64,000 nucleotides of DNA from Candidatus Microgenomates bacterium (lineage in GTDB: Bacteria > Patescibacteriota > JACPGU01), in assembly GCA_016188915.1 (NCBI GenBank), contig JACPGU010000001.1:34111-98110 (forward strand), given 5' to 3'. A model generated the notes under the pieces. It was not told the origin of the DNA. It saw only the letters and a program-made list of their open reading frames with translations, and did no database searches. Shown here piece by piece: positions 28,835 to 38,258 of this stretch. Positions within the stretch are counted from its first letter, which is position 1; each line of letters opens with the position of its first letter. The translations under genes and the position numbers were made by a program.

Positions 28835-29377
28835 CTATTTCACTAGTGCCGTTAGATAATCCAATTCTTTTTCGTCGGCTAATTTCTTTTTGGCAAAAAT
28901 CTCAACAGTTTTGGCGTGGAAAGCATTGTGGCGCTCTTCCTCGCCACGAATAGCGGAAATAATTTTTTCTTCTGACGCGCTGACTTTGGCATCTATTTTC
29001 TTATCAATGACAGAAATAATCTTTTCTTCTGACGCGCTGACTTTGGCATCTATTTTCTTATCAATGACAGAAATAATTTTCTCTTCCGATGCGCTGATTT
29101 TCTTATCAATGACAGAAATAATTTTCTCTTCCGATGCGCTGACTTTGGCATCTATTTTCCTGTCAATCATGGAAATGATTTCCCCCTCGGCTTTTCCCAC
29201 TCTCCTATCGGTGTAATCTTTGAGCTCGGTTTTTAAGCCTTGGGTTTTTTCATCAACAATTCTCTCGACCATATTTTCTACCGCAGGTAATAAAACATCC
29301 TCAGCAAATTCACCGAGCTTTTCGGTCAAAGTCTCACTCAGTTCTTTCTTGGTGACATATTGGTTTTCTTCTGGCAC
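28835..29377 (-). CDS. Tandem-repeat coiled-coil protein: four near-identical 20-aa units (KIDAKVSASEEKIISVIDK-like; 60-nt DNA period).
   Basis: Near-perfect 60-bp nucleotide repeats at ~28960-29200. Confidence 0.5.
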   Translation of the reverse strand: MPEENQYVTKKELSETLTEKLGEFAEDVLLPAVENMVERIVDEKTQGLKTELKDYTDRRVGKAEGEIISMIDRKIDAKVSASEEKIISVIDKKISASEEKIISVIDKKIDAKVSASEEKIISVIDKKIDAKVSASEEKIISAIRGEEERHNAFHAKTVEIFAKKKLADEKELDYLTALVK

Positions 29378-29436
29378 TTTGCCCTCCCTGTTTATTTTCG
29401 CGAAATTCGTTTTAGAATTAGTGCAATTAGTGTTTT

Positions 29437-30564
29437 CTACTTCATTTTCCTTCTAATAAAGGCCGGGACATCTAGCTCATCTTGATCGCGACGAGCAGGT
29501 TTTTTGTCTTCTTTTTCTTCCTCGTCTAGCGATTCCATTTGGCGCCCTTTTTTCTTTACGCTATCAAAACCCGTAGCTATTACAGTGATTTTCACTTCTG
29601 ATTGCATAGACTCGTCAATCACCGCGCCAAAGATGATATTAGCATCTTTATCGGAAGCTTCAGTAATAATTTTAGCAGCTTCGTCTATCTCATACATAGA
29701 AAGATCGGGCGAGCCAGTGATATTAAACAGAATACCTTTGGCTCCTTCAATAGATAGCTCCAGAAGAGGAGAATCAATGGCGGCACGGGCGGCTTCAATA
29801 GCGCGCGATTCTCCTGTCCCGCGGCCAACGCCCATCAGTGCAGAACCAGAACTTTCCATAATCGCTTTAACGTCAGCAAAGTCCACATTGATCATGCCGT
29901 GATAGGTAATGAGGTCAGAAATGCCCTGGACGGCTTGACGTAAAACATCATCAACAACAGAAAAAGCATCAATCAGAGATGTTTTTTTATCAATTACCTG
30001 CAAAAGCCTATCATTAGGGATAACGATTAGAGTATCCACTTTGTCTTTCATCTCTTCAATACCTAATTCGGCTGATTTTTGACGGCGTAAGCCTTCAAAA
30101 GAAAAAGGTTTGGTGACAACGCCTACCGTCAGAGCGCCTAATTCTTTGGCGATAGCGGCAATGGAGGGAGCAGCGCCTGTGCCAGTACCACCACCCATAC
30201 CACAAGTAACAAAAACCATGTCGGCTCCGCGAAGATATTCGTAAATTTCTTCTTTATTTTCTTCAATAGCGCGTCGTCCCAAATCTGGGTCGGCGCCAGC
30301 GCCTAACCCTCTGGTAGTTTCTTTACCGATTTGGATTTTGGCGGGAGATTCTGAATGATATAGGGCCTGCGCGTCAGTATTGGCCGCGATAAATTCCACG
30401 CCTTTAATTCGGGCGGCAATCATTCTATCAACGGCATTAGTGCCCGATCCTCCAACACCAATGACTTTGATGCGGGCAAAGACATCACCTTCGCTGACAT
30501 AGGGCCTGTTTTCGGTAGAGTGGACAGTGGTTTTTTTCATCTTGATATTGTTCTTAATATTCAT
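29437..30564 (-). CDS. ftsZ: Cell division protein FtsZ.
   Basis: [22 protein letters not shown] tubulin signature; SD aaggagggtgg. Confidence 0.9.
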   Translation of the reverse strand: MNIKNNIKMKKTTVHSTENRPYVSEGDVFARIKVIGVGGSGTNAVDRMIAARIKGVEFIAANTDAQALYHSESPAKIQIGKETTRGLGAGADPDLGRRAIEENKEEIYEYLRGADMVFVTCGMGGGTGTGAAPSIAAIAKELGALTVGVVTKPFSFEGLRRQKSAELGIEEMKDKVDTLIVIPNDRLLQVIDKKTSLIDAFSVVDDVLRQAVQGISDLITYHGMINVDFADVKAIMESSGSALMGVGRGTGESRAIEAARAAIDSPLLELSIEGAKGILFNITGSPDLSMYEIDEAAKIITEASDKDANIIFGAVIDESMQSEVKITVIATGFDSVKKKGRQMESLDEEEKEDKKPARRDQDELDVPAFIRRKMK

Positions 30565-30651
30565 ATAAGCTCTCCCCCACCCTCCTTATAATGAATAATA
30601 TGTGTAGTGTTTAGCCAAAATATAGCATACAGGCAGGTTAAAGTCAAAAAG

Positions 30652-31911
30652 CTATTTTTTACTGAAAAGATTTTTGATTTTGTCTATTACATTGGACGCG
30701 CCACGCAAGCCCTCAAAAACACTTTTTACCAGATTATCGCTTTTTTTCGACTCTAGCCCCCAGACAGAAAGTCCGATAGCAGTAGTAAAAGATGGATCTA
30801 GTAAAATTGCTTTATCAATTGAAGTGATAGGAACAATAATCTCGCCTAATTGCGCGGGCAGACGTAGATTTTCTCTCGCGACATCAACGATGCCGGGAAG
30901 AGACGATCCTCCGCCGGTCAAAATAGCGCCAGCTGGCAACAATCCGTCGCGACCGATACGACGCAATTCATCTTTGACCATGGCAAAAATTTCTTCTAGT
31001 CTGGCGTTTATTATTTCAACAATGTATTTGCGGCTGATATTAGCTTTGTCGGCTGACGAATCTATCAAAGAAAGATCTATAACATCTCTTTCTGAAGCCA
31101 TTTTTGGATGAGCAGCGCCGTATTCTACTTTTACTTTTTCGGCAGATTCTATAGAGGTGCGCAGACCAATAGCAATATCATTAGTGATGTGGCTGGCTCC
31201 AATCGGGATAAAGGCGGTATGAACCACCTCTCCCTCTTCAAAAATGGCAATATTAGTTCCTGCTCCACCGATGTCAACCAAGACCGCTCCGATTTCTTTT
31301 TGCTTGCCGGTTAAAAGTATTTTGGCGGCGGCCAGTGACGATAAAACTATTTCATCTACATCTATTTCAGCTTCATAGGCGCATTTCAGAATATTTTTCA
31401 CGACTGGCGAAGAGGCAGTGATAACATGAGTGTCTACTTCCAAACGAATGCCTTTCATCCCCAGAGGATCTTTTATCCCTTCTTGGCCGTCTACAATGAA
31501 AGAGCGCGAAATAACATGGATTACTTCCCTATTGGCAGGCATAGAAAAAGCTTTAGCTGCTTCTACCGCTCGCTCGATATCGTCTCTCTGAATCTCACTG
31601 CTACTTCTAGAAACAGCGACTACGCCACGACTGTTAGATGAATGAATGTGCTGGCCGGCAATAGAAATTAATGCGTGATCAATGGGAGCGCCGGACATTC
31701 TTTCGGCTTCTTCAAGAGAATTGGAAATAGTAGCAGTTGTTTCTTCCAGATCTATCACCATGCCCTTACGCATACCAGATATGGGTGTCTTTCCATAACC
31801 GATAATAGTCATATCGCCAGTATCCATATCGTAGCTACCGACGACGGTAATTACTTGGGTATTACCAATATCTACCCCTACTGAAATTTGCTTTTTGGGC
31901 GATGATGCCAT
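30652..31911 (-). CDS. ftsA: Cell division protein FtsA.
   Basis: Actin-like ATPase motifs (VGVDIGNT..., DIGGAGTNIAIF); position upstream of ftsZ. Confidence 0.85.
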   Translation of the reverse strand: MASSPKKQISVGVDIGNTQVITVVGSYDMDTGDMTIIGYGKTPISGMRKGMVIDLEETTATISNSLEEAERMSGAPIDHALISIAGQHIHSSNSRGVVAVSRSSSEIQRDDIERAVEAAKAFSMPANREVIHVISRSFIVDGQEGIKDPLGMKGIRLEVDTHVITASSPVVKNILKCAYEAEIDVDEIVLSSLAAAKILLTGKQKEIGAVLVDIGGAGTNIAIFEEGEVVHTAFIPIGASHITNDIAIGLRTSIESAEKVKVEYGAAHPKMASERDVIDLSLIDSSADKANISRKYIVEIINARLEEIFAMVKDELRRIGRDGLLPAGAILTGGGSSLPGIVDVARENLRLPAQLGEIIVPITSIDKAILLDPSFTTAIGLSVWGLESKKSDNLVKSVFEGLRGASNVIDKIKNLFSKK

Positions 31912-31943
31912 ATCTGTCTGTTTTTATTTATAACCTGCCAATT

Positions 31944-32594
31944 CTACAAAGACGGCAGGAGTGGTTTTTCTGGGATAAAACGATTGAAATATAATTTGCC
32001 TCCCCACAGTCCTCTTTGCGCCATACGAGCCTCTTCTTCAAAGATTTGCCAATCATCAAAATTGATAGATGAAGGCAAGACAGGGTAAATATGGGCTAAT
32101 CCGGCGCGTAATATCTCGGTATTGATATTGATATTTTCGCGATAAACTATCCCGCGCAGGCGACCAAACTCGTCTTTGGGCTGATTGGCGTCAGGAGCGA
32201 ATAGTATTTCATTTTTATCAATTAATTTTTGTAAAAAATCATAAGCTTCTATGCCATATTCTTCGTCTTTGTCCGGAGCCTTTATGCCCAAAAGTCTTAT
32301 TCTTTTATCATTATCTACAATAATAGTATTGCCGTCTACTACTTCGGTAACAAAGTAAGATAATAGGCCATAGGGCTGGACAACCGCAGTAGTGTCATTT
32401 TGCTCTTGCTGATCCCAGACAGAAGATTGGCCACTATCTGTCTCCGCTCTTGGCAGATATGGGATGAAAAAAGTTTCAGTTATTTTATCGGCGGCCTTTG
32501 TGACTAGATTGCTTGTCAAAACAGCGTATAGCCCTCCGCCAAAAAACAGCAAAGTGATTATAGCCAGGGTTGTTTGTCTGATATGGTGGTGCAT
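31944..32594 (-). CDS. Membrane-anchored thermonuclease (staphylococcal nuclease-like).
   Basis: VVDGNTIIVD...RIRLLGIKAPDKDEEYG... SNase pattern; N-terminal TM helix. Confidence 0.65.
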   Translation of the reverse strand: MHHHIRQTTLAIITLLFFGGGLYAVLTSNLVTKAADKITETFFIPYLPRAETDSGQSSVWDQQEQNDTTAVVQPYGLLSYFVTEVVDGNTIIVDNDKRIRLLGIKAPDKDEEYGIEAYDFLQKLIDKNEILFAPDANQPKDEFGRLRGIVYRENININTEILRAGLAHIYPVLPSSINFDDWQIFEEEARMAQRGLWGGKLYFNRFIPEKPLLPSL

Positions 32595-32605
32595 TAATAA
32601 TCCGC

Positions 32606-33127
32606 CTATTTTTTTTCCCGTCTGTTGTATTTCATCAAAATCTTTTTTTCCATTTTTCCCAGATCGGTAAAATCGTCAGCGCGAGCGACAAGATTTTGAC
32701 TAGCCGAGCGACCAAAAGCTACTACCTCCACTAATTTGCCATGATTTTGGAGATATTCCACGAGAGGGATATAGTCGCCGTCGCCGGAAACCAAAATAAT
32801 AGAGTCAATCCCCGGCGCCATTTTGATAATATCCATTGCCAAGCCTACATCCCAGTCGGCTTTTTTCGTGCCGTCCACAAAAGTTTGCAAATCTTTAGTT
32901 TTGACCTCAAAACCGCTTTTGTTTAGTGCGTCAAAAAAAGTGCCTTCTTCGGGCATTTGCGCCTTGACCGCGTAAGCAATGGCGCGAATCAGCTTTCTGT
33001 CTCCTACTGCTTCTTTCAAGATAGCGCCGAAATTGACTTTTGAGCCATACAAATGGCGCGCCGTGTAATAAAGATTCTGCACATCAACGAAGACGGCTAC
33101 TCGTTGTTCTTTGTTTTTGATGATCAT
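32606..33127 (-). CDS. NYN domain (LabA-like) protein.
   Basis: VAVFVDVQNLYY...LVSGDGDYIPLV pattern. Confidence 0.7.
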   Translation of the reverse strand: MIIKNKEQRVAVFVDVQNLYYTARHLYGSKVNFGAILKEAVGDRKLIRAIAYAVKAQMPEEGTFFDALNKSGFEVKTKDLQTFVDGTKKADWDVGLAMDIIKMAPGIDSIILVSGDGDYIPLVEYLQNHGKLVEVVAFGRSASQNLVARADDFTDLGKMEKKILMKYNRREKK

Positions 33128-33208
33128 AGTAACAGGTGTTAGGTTATAGTTTTTAGGTTTTAGGTGGGGGTTTCTGGTACATTAAGCCAAAAAATCTAAC
33201 ATCTAAAT

Positions 33209-33248
33209 TTTAGAAATTAGAGTAATTAGAAATTAGGTCAATTTTTTT
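33209..33248. promoter_or_regulatory. TTAGAAA / TTAGRNYAA heptad array (TTAGAAATTAGAGTAATTAGAAATTAGGTCAATTTTTTT) upstream of the NYN gene.
   Basis: Same motif family as 28099..28216 and 47324..47358. Confidence 0.4.
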
Positions 33249-34750
33249 ATGATTTTCTTGGCCACCACTAAACCCTCCTTCTTTTTCTGGAAAGTTCCTT
33301 CTAATTGCTGATTATAAACTTCCTCCAGCACTTTTCCAACTACTTTATTACCACTAGTTATCCCCATGAGCTTCATAATGTCGTGACCGGTAATGATTGG
33401 TTTCGGCAAGGGCTTCTTGTTCTCTTCCTCTTCCAGCCAAGACTTGGTTCTGTTGTAAACCGTTAAGTCTGGCGGGAGGATTTGCCCTCTTTTGTTAGTT
33501 CGCAGAGACGAATTGGCGTCCACCCAGAAAAGTTCCAGCAAGTCCGGGAAATAGGGGTGTTTCAAGTACATTATTTTGCGAGCCTCCCGCATTTTGGCTA
33601 GATTGCCAAAAAGCATATGATATTGGACGAGCCATTGGGCTTTGTCAATCTCTTCCCGAGAATATTTTAGTCGGCGCATGATTACTCCCGTCATCTTCGC
33701 GCCGAGAACGTCGTGCCCCGTGAAACGAACGCGGTCAGTGCCGTCTTTTTCTGGGGTTTGAATAGTGTAGGCTTTGGCTAGGTCGTGAAAAAGCACGCCC
33801 AAAGCATAGATGGGGTCGTCGTGCTTTCTCATATTTTTCAGGCAAAGCAACATATGATTCCAGACCGTGCCTTCGGCGTGATGAGAGGGCGGTTGATCGC
33901 AGGTGTGCGACTTGTCTATTTCCGGGATGATGAAATGGAGCAGACCAAGGTCGTCGAGCAATTTTAGCCCATGGCTGGGATTGGGCGAGGTCAAGATCTT
34001 GTTCAGCTCGTCGCGAAGGCGTTCGCCGGAAATTTTCGTAATATCGGCAGAGTGTTTTCTGATCGCGTCAAAGGACTTTTCTTCAATGACGAAATCCAGT
34101 TGCGCGGCAAATCTTGTTGCCCTCATCATTCGCAGAGCGTCTTCTTTGATCCTCTCCTCTGGTTCTCCGATGAATCTGATTGTTTTGGTCTTGATATCGG
34201 CAAAGCCATCAACATAATCAATGATTTCTAAATTTTTAATTTTTAATTTTCCCCACGCCTTTAGCGGGGTCCCGCCTACTATTTTATTCTCAAAAAGATG
34301 TGGCGGGATAATTTTTAAAGAATTTTTGAATTTTGTAATTTTTAATTTTGGATTTTGGATTTTTGCCACCAGTCCATTGATAGTAAAATCACGACGCAAG
34401 ACATCTTCCTCTATCGAAACATTGAATTTTACTTTTTGCGGGTGGCGCTGATCGGCTGTCCCATAATCACTCCTGAAAGTGGCGATTTCAATCAGTTGGT
34501 TGGTTTTTTTCGTCAAAGGCACGATGGCCGCCACCACCCCAAAGCTCTCCCCTATTTCAATATGCTTGACCTTGTTTTTATCCAAAGCTTTGATCGTCTC
34601 TTCCGGTGTGGCGGAGGTAGCGATATCAATATCGTGAATTTTTCGTCCCATAATCTTGTCGCGCACATACCCACCGGCAAACAAGGCAGTGTGACCTGCC
34701 TTTTCTAAAATTTCAATAATTTTTCCAGCGTTTTTTTCTTGGAGAGTCAT
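33233..34750 (-). CDS. cca: CCA-adding tRNA nucleotidyltransferase with an HD domain. Carries an in-frame ~45-aa insert encoded by the repeat element.
   Basis: GGYVRDKIMGRKIHDIDIAT, RRDFTINGL motifs. HD region HHAEG...HDLAK. The insert ...[26 protein letters not shown] lies after the RDFTIN motif. Confidence 0.85.
   Translation of the reverse strand: MTLQEKNAGKIIEILEKAGHTALFAGGYVRDKIMGRKIHDIDIATSATPEETIKALDKNKVKHIEIGESFGVVAAIVPLTKKTNQLIEIATFRSDYGTADQRHPQKVKFNVSIEEDVLRRDFTINGLVAKIQNPKLKITKFKNSLKIIPPHLFENKIVGGTPLKAWGKLKIKNLEIIDYVDGFADIKTKTIRFIGEPEERIKEDALRMMRATRFAAQLDFVIEEKSFDAIRKHSADITKISGERLRDELNKILTSPNPSHGLKLLDDLGLLHFIIPEIDKSHTCDQPPSHHAEGTVWNHMLLCLKNMRKHDDPIYALGVLFHDLAKAYTIQTPEKDGTDRVRFTGHDVLGAKMTGVIMRRLKYSREEIDKAQWLVQYHMLFGNLAKMREARKIMYLKHPYFPDLLELFWVDANSSLRTNKRGQILPPDLTVYNRTKSWLEEEENKKPLPKPIITGHDIMKLMGITSGNKVVGKVLEEVYNQQLEGTFQKKKEGLVVAKKIIKKLT
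34252..34316 (-). repeat. Copy 2 of the ~65-nt conserved core element, in frame within cca and flanked by AAAATT arrays.
   Basis: Differs from 16032..16096 at about one position over 65 nt. Confidence 0.8.
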
Positions 34751-34892
34751 GTGGGATAGTGGATAGTGGATAGTGGATAGTGAATAGACTTACTTTGACA
34801 GAATGATGATATTATACCATTTTTCTCGGGCAAAACAAAAAACCCGCTGGTGAGGCGGGCGAACGCGGAATGAGAACCCGTAAAGGGTGGGT

Positions 34893-35189
34893 CTACTCCT
34901 CTTCCTTCTCTTCGTAGGGCAGGAGCATATCGGCGCAAAACCAGCAGGAAAAGCCCTCTAATTTGATATGTCCCCCAGACGCTACTTCTTCAATGAGGAA
35001 AGGGGTATTCTTATCCTTTTCCTTTCTGCCGAATGTCCTTTTGAAGATGGTGGGGTTGAAACAAAAATTCCCTTTGTAAATATAGGTGTTTCTGCCACCT
35101 TTCTTTTCTCTGATGACCAGATTATAGCCAAGCTTCGCCAATGTTTTGAACACTACTTTATCCCCACGCTTGAAAGTGGTCTTTTCCAC
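34893..35189 (-). CDS. Hypothetical protein (98 aa).
   Basis: ORF only. Confidence 0.35.
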   Translation of the reverse strand: MEKTTFKRGDKVVFKTLAKLGYNLVIREKKGGRNTYIYKGNFCFNPTIFKRTFGRKEKDKNTPFLIEEVASGGHIKLEGFSCWFCADMLLPYEEKEEE

Positions 35190-35265
35190 GGCCTCACCTC
35201 CATTCTTTCGGCTTCGAGTTTTTTCAAAAAAGAACCAATCCTGAATCTGCTTTTTGTGGTACGAG

Positions 35266-35631
35266 CTATTCTTCCGGCCACCAGCCCGGGATTCCTACTT
35301 TATCATCTCCCGGATGAATATGGCTGAGTCGGTAGAGCCTCTTCTCCTCCATTTCAAAATTTTTGCCGTCCCTCTTTCTGAGAGTGAAAAGCTTTACTTC
35401 TACCACTTCCGCCATCTGATTGCAAAAATCCAGCATTATGTCCAGTAGGAAAAGATTAGGATAGAGCCTCCAGGTATAGCCGTCGTTGGTGAGGTTTCTG
35501 ACGAACCCCAGCGTTTTCTGTCGCACCATGTCTTTCAGCGCTTTCTCCCGAGCTATTTTGAGAATATCCCCCACTTCGATTGTCAAAGAACCCACCCCCC
35601 CTTCAATTATAGATTTCAAATCGGAGATCAT
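35266..35631 (-). CDS. Hypothetical protein (121 aa).
   Basis: ORF; downstream hairpin gggcagag-cttg-cctctgccc. Confidence 0.4.
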   Translation of the reverse strand: MISDLKSIIEGGVGSLTIEVGDILKIAREKALKDMVRQKTLGFVRNLTNDGYTWRLYPNLFLLDIMLDFCNQMAEVVEVKLFTLRKRDGKNFEMEEKRLYRLSHIHPGDDKVGIPGWWPEE

Positions 35632-35798
35632 AGTTCGTAGGGGCAGAGCTTGCCTCTGCCCTCTTCGCTAAGCCAAACCCATATCATTATACCACCTTCT
35701 ATCTATTAAAGGCAAAGGAAGGCATAAAAAAACCCGACGCAGTGGCATCGGGTTTTTGGAAAAGCATTTTGACGGTTATGGCCGGTCTTGTGTAGCAA

Positions 35799-36587
35799 TT
35801 ACCCTATTCTCTTCTTCAATTCTCCCTCAAATTTTTTTGTCAAGCGTGGCGAATCGGAGATTTTCAAAACTTCTTTGACCCAGAGGAAGCACTGTTGAGC
35901 CTTCAATTTGTTTTTTAATTTTAATTCCGTATCGCCGGCGAGCAACAAGGCTTCAATCAGCTTGTATTCTTTATCCTGCGCCAGAGCGTCAGTGATAGCG
36001 TATTCCAGCCATTTTTGCGCTTCTCGGTATTTTTTTGTCTGATACAGCAGATTGCAACGATCAATATTACCGATTAATTTCCAGTAATCGTGCTTGGATT
36101 TATTAAGTAGCGGCAAAGCCTTGGCGAAAACCAGCTGCGCTTTGCGGTAGAGCTTCATATCAGTGTAGAGCAGACCCAGCTTGGAATAAGTAATCCCAAG
36201 CGAGGCATTTCCCCCTGCTTGCCCCGACCGAAGCGTCGGGGGTCCCTCATCATTATATTTCCTCACGTATTCTATGGCGGTCAAAAACCATTTTTCCGCC
36301 TGTTGGTATTTTTTTGCGTTTTTGTAAGCTATGGCGATGTCGCGAGCAATACCGGAAAGGCGTTCAAACCAACCACCATCTTCAGCCAGTTTCAGGCCGG
36401 ACTTGAAACATTCCAGCGCCTTGGTGTACTCCTTTTCGTTCATATAGCCCAAGCCCAAAGAATCGTAGGCGTTGACCGCGATGCGGAAATCTTTGGATTT
36501 TAAGAGAGGCAACAAAATCCGGCGGGAAGCCGTCGGCTGTCCGCTATCGCGTAAGATATTAGCTTTAGAGATTAACCCCTGGCTCAT
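35799..36587 (-). CDS. Tetratricopeptide-repeat protein.
   Basis: Repeated W-LG-Y / A-YY-A 34-residue patterns. Confidence 0.6.
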   Translation of the reverse strand: MSQGLISKANILRDSGQPTASRRILLPLLKSKDFRIAVNAYDSLGLGYMNEKEYTKALECFKSGLKLAEDGGWFERLSGIARDIAIAYKNAKKYQQAEKWFLTAIEYVRKYNDEGPPTLRSGQAGGNASLGITYSKLGLLYTDMKLYRKAQLVFAKALPLLNKSKHDYWKLIGNIDRCNLLYQTKKYREAQKWLEYAITDALAQDKEYKLIEALLLAGDTELKLKNKLKAQQCFLWVKEVLKISDSPRLTKKFEGELKKRIG

Positions 36588-36606
36588 AAAATAGACTAAT
36601 CTTGTG

Positions 36607-37344
36607 TTACCTCATCTCTTCATTAATCCTCTGGGCAACGGTTGTAACATTATTTAAGGTTAAAAGACTCGCTTGGGGTAATTGTCCACTTAATCCTTGT
36701 AGATTAACTCCCCAGAAATAAACTTGGATATAAATATTGGGATTTGTGCTAGGGACAAAACGAACGCTCATCTGATCGTAAGATGAAATATCTTTTTGAT
36801 TAATAACAGTGTAATGTGCCGATTTACTACCTATTTGGTCGGTCGTGCCGGTATCATCAACGACGGTGATGCCGCCAGAGCTTTTGGTATTATACAGAGA
36901 GACGGGCCCAATATTTACTCTAGCGAAATCAACATAGGCGCCGTTGGGGTAATTGGGGTTGGGGGTTAGGACTTTGATTATGCACTGATTAGAAGTGGGA
37001 TAGGCGTAGGTGATTTGAAAACTGCCATCAAGATAGGCGTCAAAAATATTTTGCAAATTCACTTTTTCCATCAATTGCGTGCAAGTAGAGATATTGACTG
37101 TTTGAGCTGGCCCAGGATCACTAGATTTACTTTCGGGCGTAGGAGTATTTTTTTCGGGCGTAGGTGTGAAAGTATTTTTTTGCTGATCGGAAATAATTTT
37201 TTGTATTTCCGGTGAAGCATTTTTCAAAATTTCTTTTTGTATTTTTTCTGGTGTTATGGCTTTGTCGCCCAAAGTCAGTCGCACTACCAAAAAAGTAGTC
37301 AAAGACAAAATAATGAAAAAAATACTGATGAAAAAAACTTTCAT
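36607..37344 (-). CDS. Secreted hypothetical protein (N-terminal signal/TM helix).
   Basis: ORF with an N-terminal hydrophobic helix. Confidence 0.45.
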   Translation of the reverse strand: MKVFFISIFFIILSLTTFLVVRLTLGDKAITPEKIQKEILKNASPEIQKIISDQQKNTFTPTPEKNTPTPESKSSDPGPAQTVNISTCTQLMEKVNLQNIFDAYLDGSFQITYAYPTSNQCIIKVLTPNPNYPNGAYVDFARVNIGPVSLYNTKSSGGITVVDDTGTTDQIGSKSAHYTVINQKDISSYDQMSVRFVPSTNPNIYIQVYFWGVNLQGLSGQLPQASLLTLNNVTTVAQRINEEMR

Positions 37345-37385
37345 TTTATTTACTGATGTCGCGTTAATATTGTTCAGATGTTACT

Positions 37386-38237
37386 TTACTCGGCTAATTC
37401 AATTTTTATTGGCTGGCCACTGGTCGTGGTAGCTTCTATGGTTGGATTGCTGATAATATTATTGGCGTCACTAGAGACATCTTCAGTGATAGTCTTTGTG
37501 TCTGTTTTTTCTCCTTCTTTTTCTATGGTTATTTTTTTAATAATATCGTCTTGGCGAATCGCCAAAACTGTCTCCATGCCTTCTATCACTTCACCAAAAA
37601 CAGTATGCTTGCCGTTTAAATGTGGCTGATCTTTTTGGGTGATAATGAAAAATTGGCTATCGTTGGTATTAGGGCCAGAATTAGCCATAGAAACGGCTCC
37701 GACCGTATTTTTACGGGAAGATAGATTGCGATTGTAGACATACCCTTGTTCTTGGAGAGAACGAATGGTGCCAGCATCTAGTTCCAAAGACCAAGGATTG
37801 ATTTCATCGTCAAATTTATTACCCGAACCGCCAGTTCCCCATTGGTCTTTTTTACTTTCATCTCGAGACAGAGGATCTCCGGTTTGAATCATAAAATCTT
37901 CAATAACGCGATGGAACTTCACTCCATCGTAAAAGCCCGATTCAGTCAATTTGACAAAATTGGCTACCGTCTTGGGCGCAGCTGAATCATAAAGACGGAA
38001 ACGAATAGTTCCCTTATCAGTCTCTATAACAGCAATCTGCTTATCTTTATTTTCCATCGCTATTTTTTTACTTTGATAATATTGCCAGCCCTGCCAAGAG
38101 CCTACTCCTATCAGACCCATTAAGATCAATGCCCCGAGCAAAAATTTCCATATTTTTCTATTGCGATACGATCGTACTTTATGTTGATGGGCGGCCTGTT
38201 CTCTATCTATCCATTTTTGTCTAGATTTTTTCCCCAT
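37386..38237 (-). CDS. Membrane-anchored peptidyl-prolyl cis-trans isomerase (cyclophilin type).
   Basis: FHRVIEDFMIQTGDP, KHTVFGEVIEGM cyclophilin signatures; N-terminal TM helix. Confidence 0.8.
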   Translation of the reverse strand: MGKKSRQKWIDREQAAHQHKVRSYRNRKIWKFLLGALILMGLIGVGSWQGWQYYQSKKIAMENKDKQIAVIETDKGTIRFRLYDSAAPKTVANFVKLTESGFYDGVKFHRVIEDFMIQTGDPLSRDESKKDQWGTGGSGNKFDDEINPWSLELDAGTIRSLQEQGYVYNRNLSSRKNTVGAVSMANSGPNTNDSQFFIITQKDQPHLNGKHTVFGEVIEGMETVLAIRQDDIIKKITIEKEGEKTDTKTITEDVSSDANNIISNPTIEATTTSGQPIKIELAE

Positions 38238-38258
38238 AGTTATCTTTAATTGATAAAA

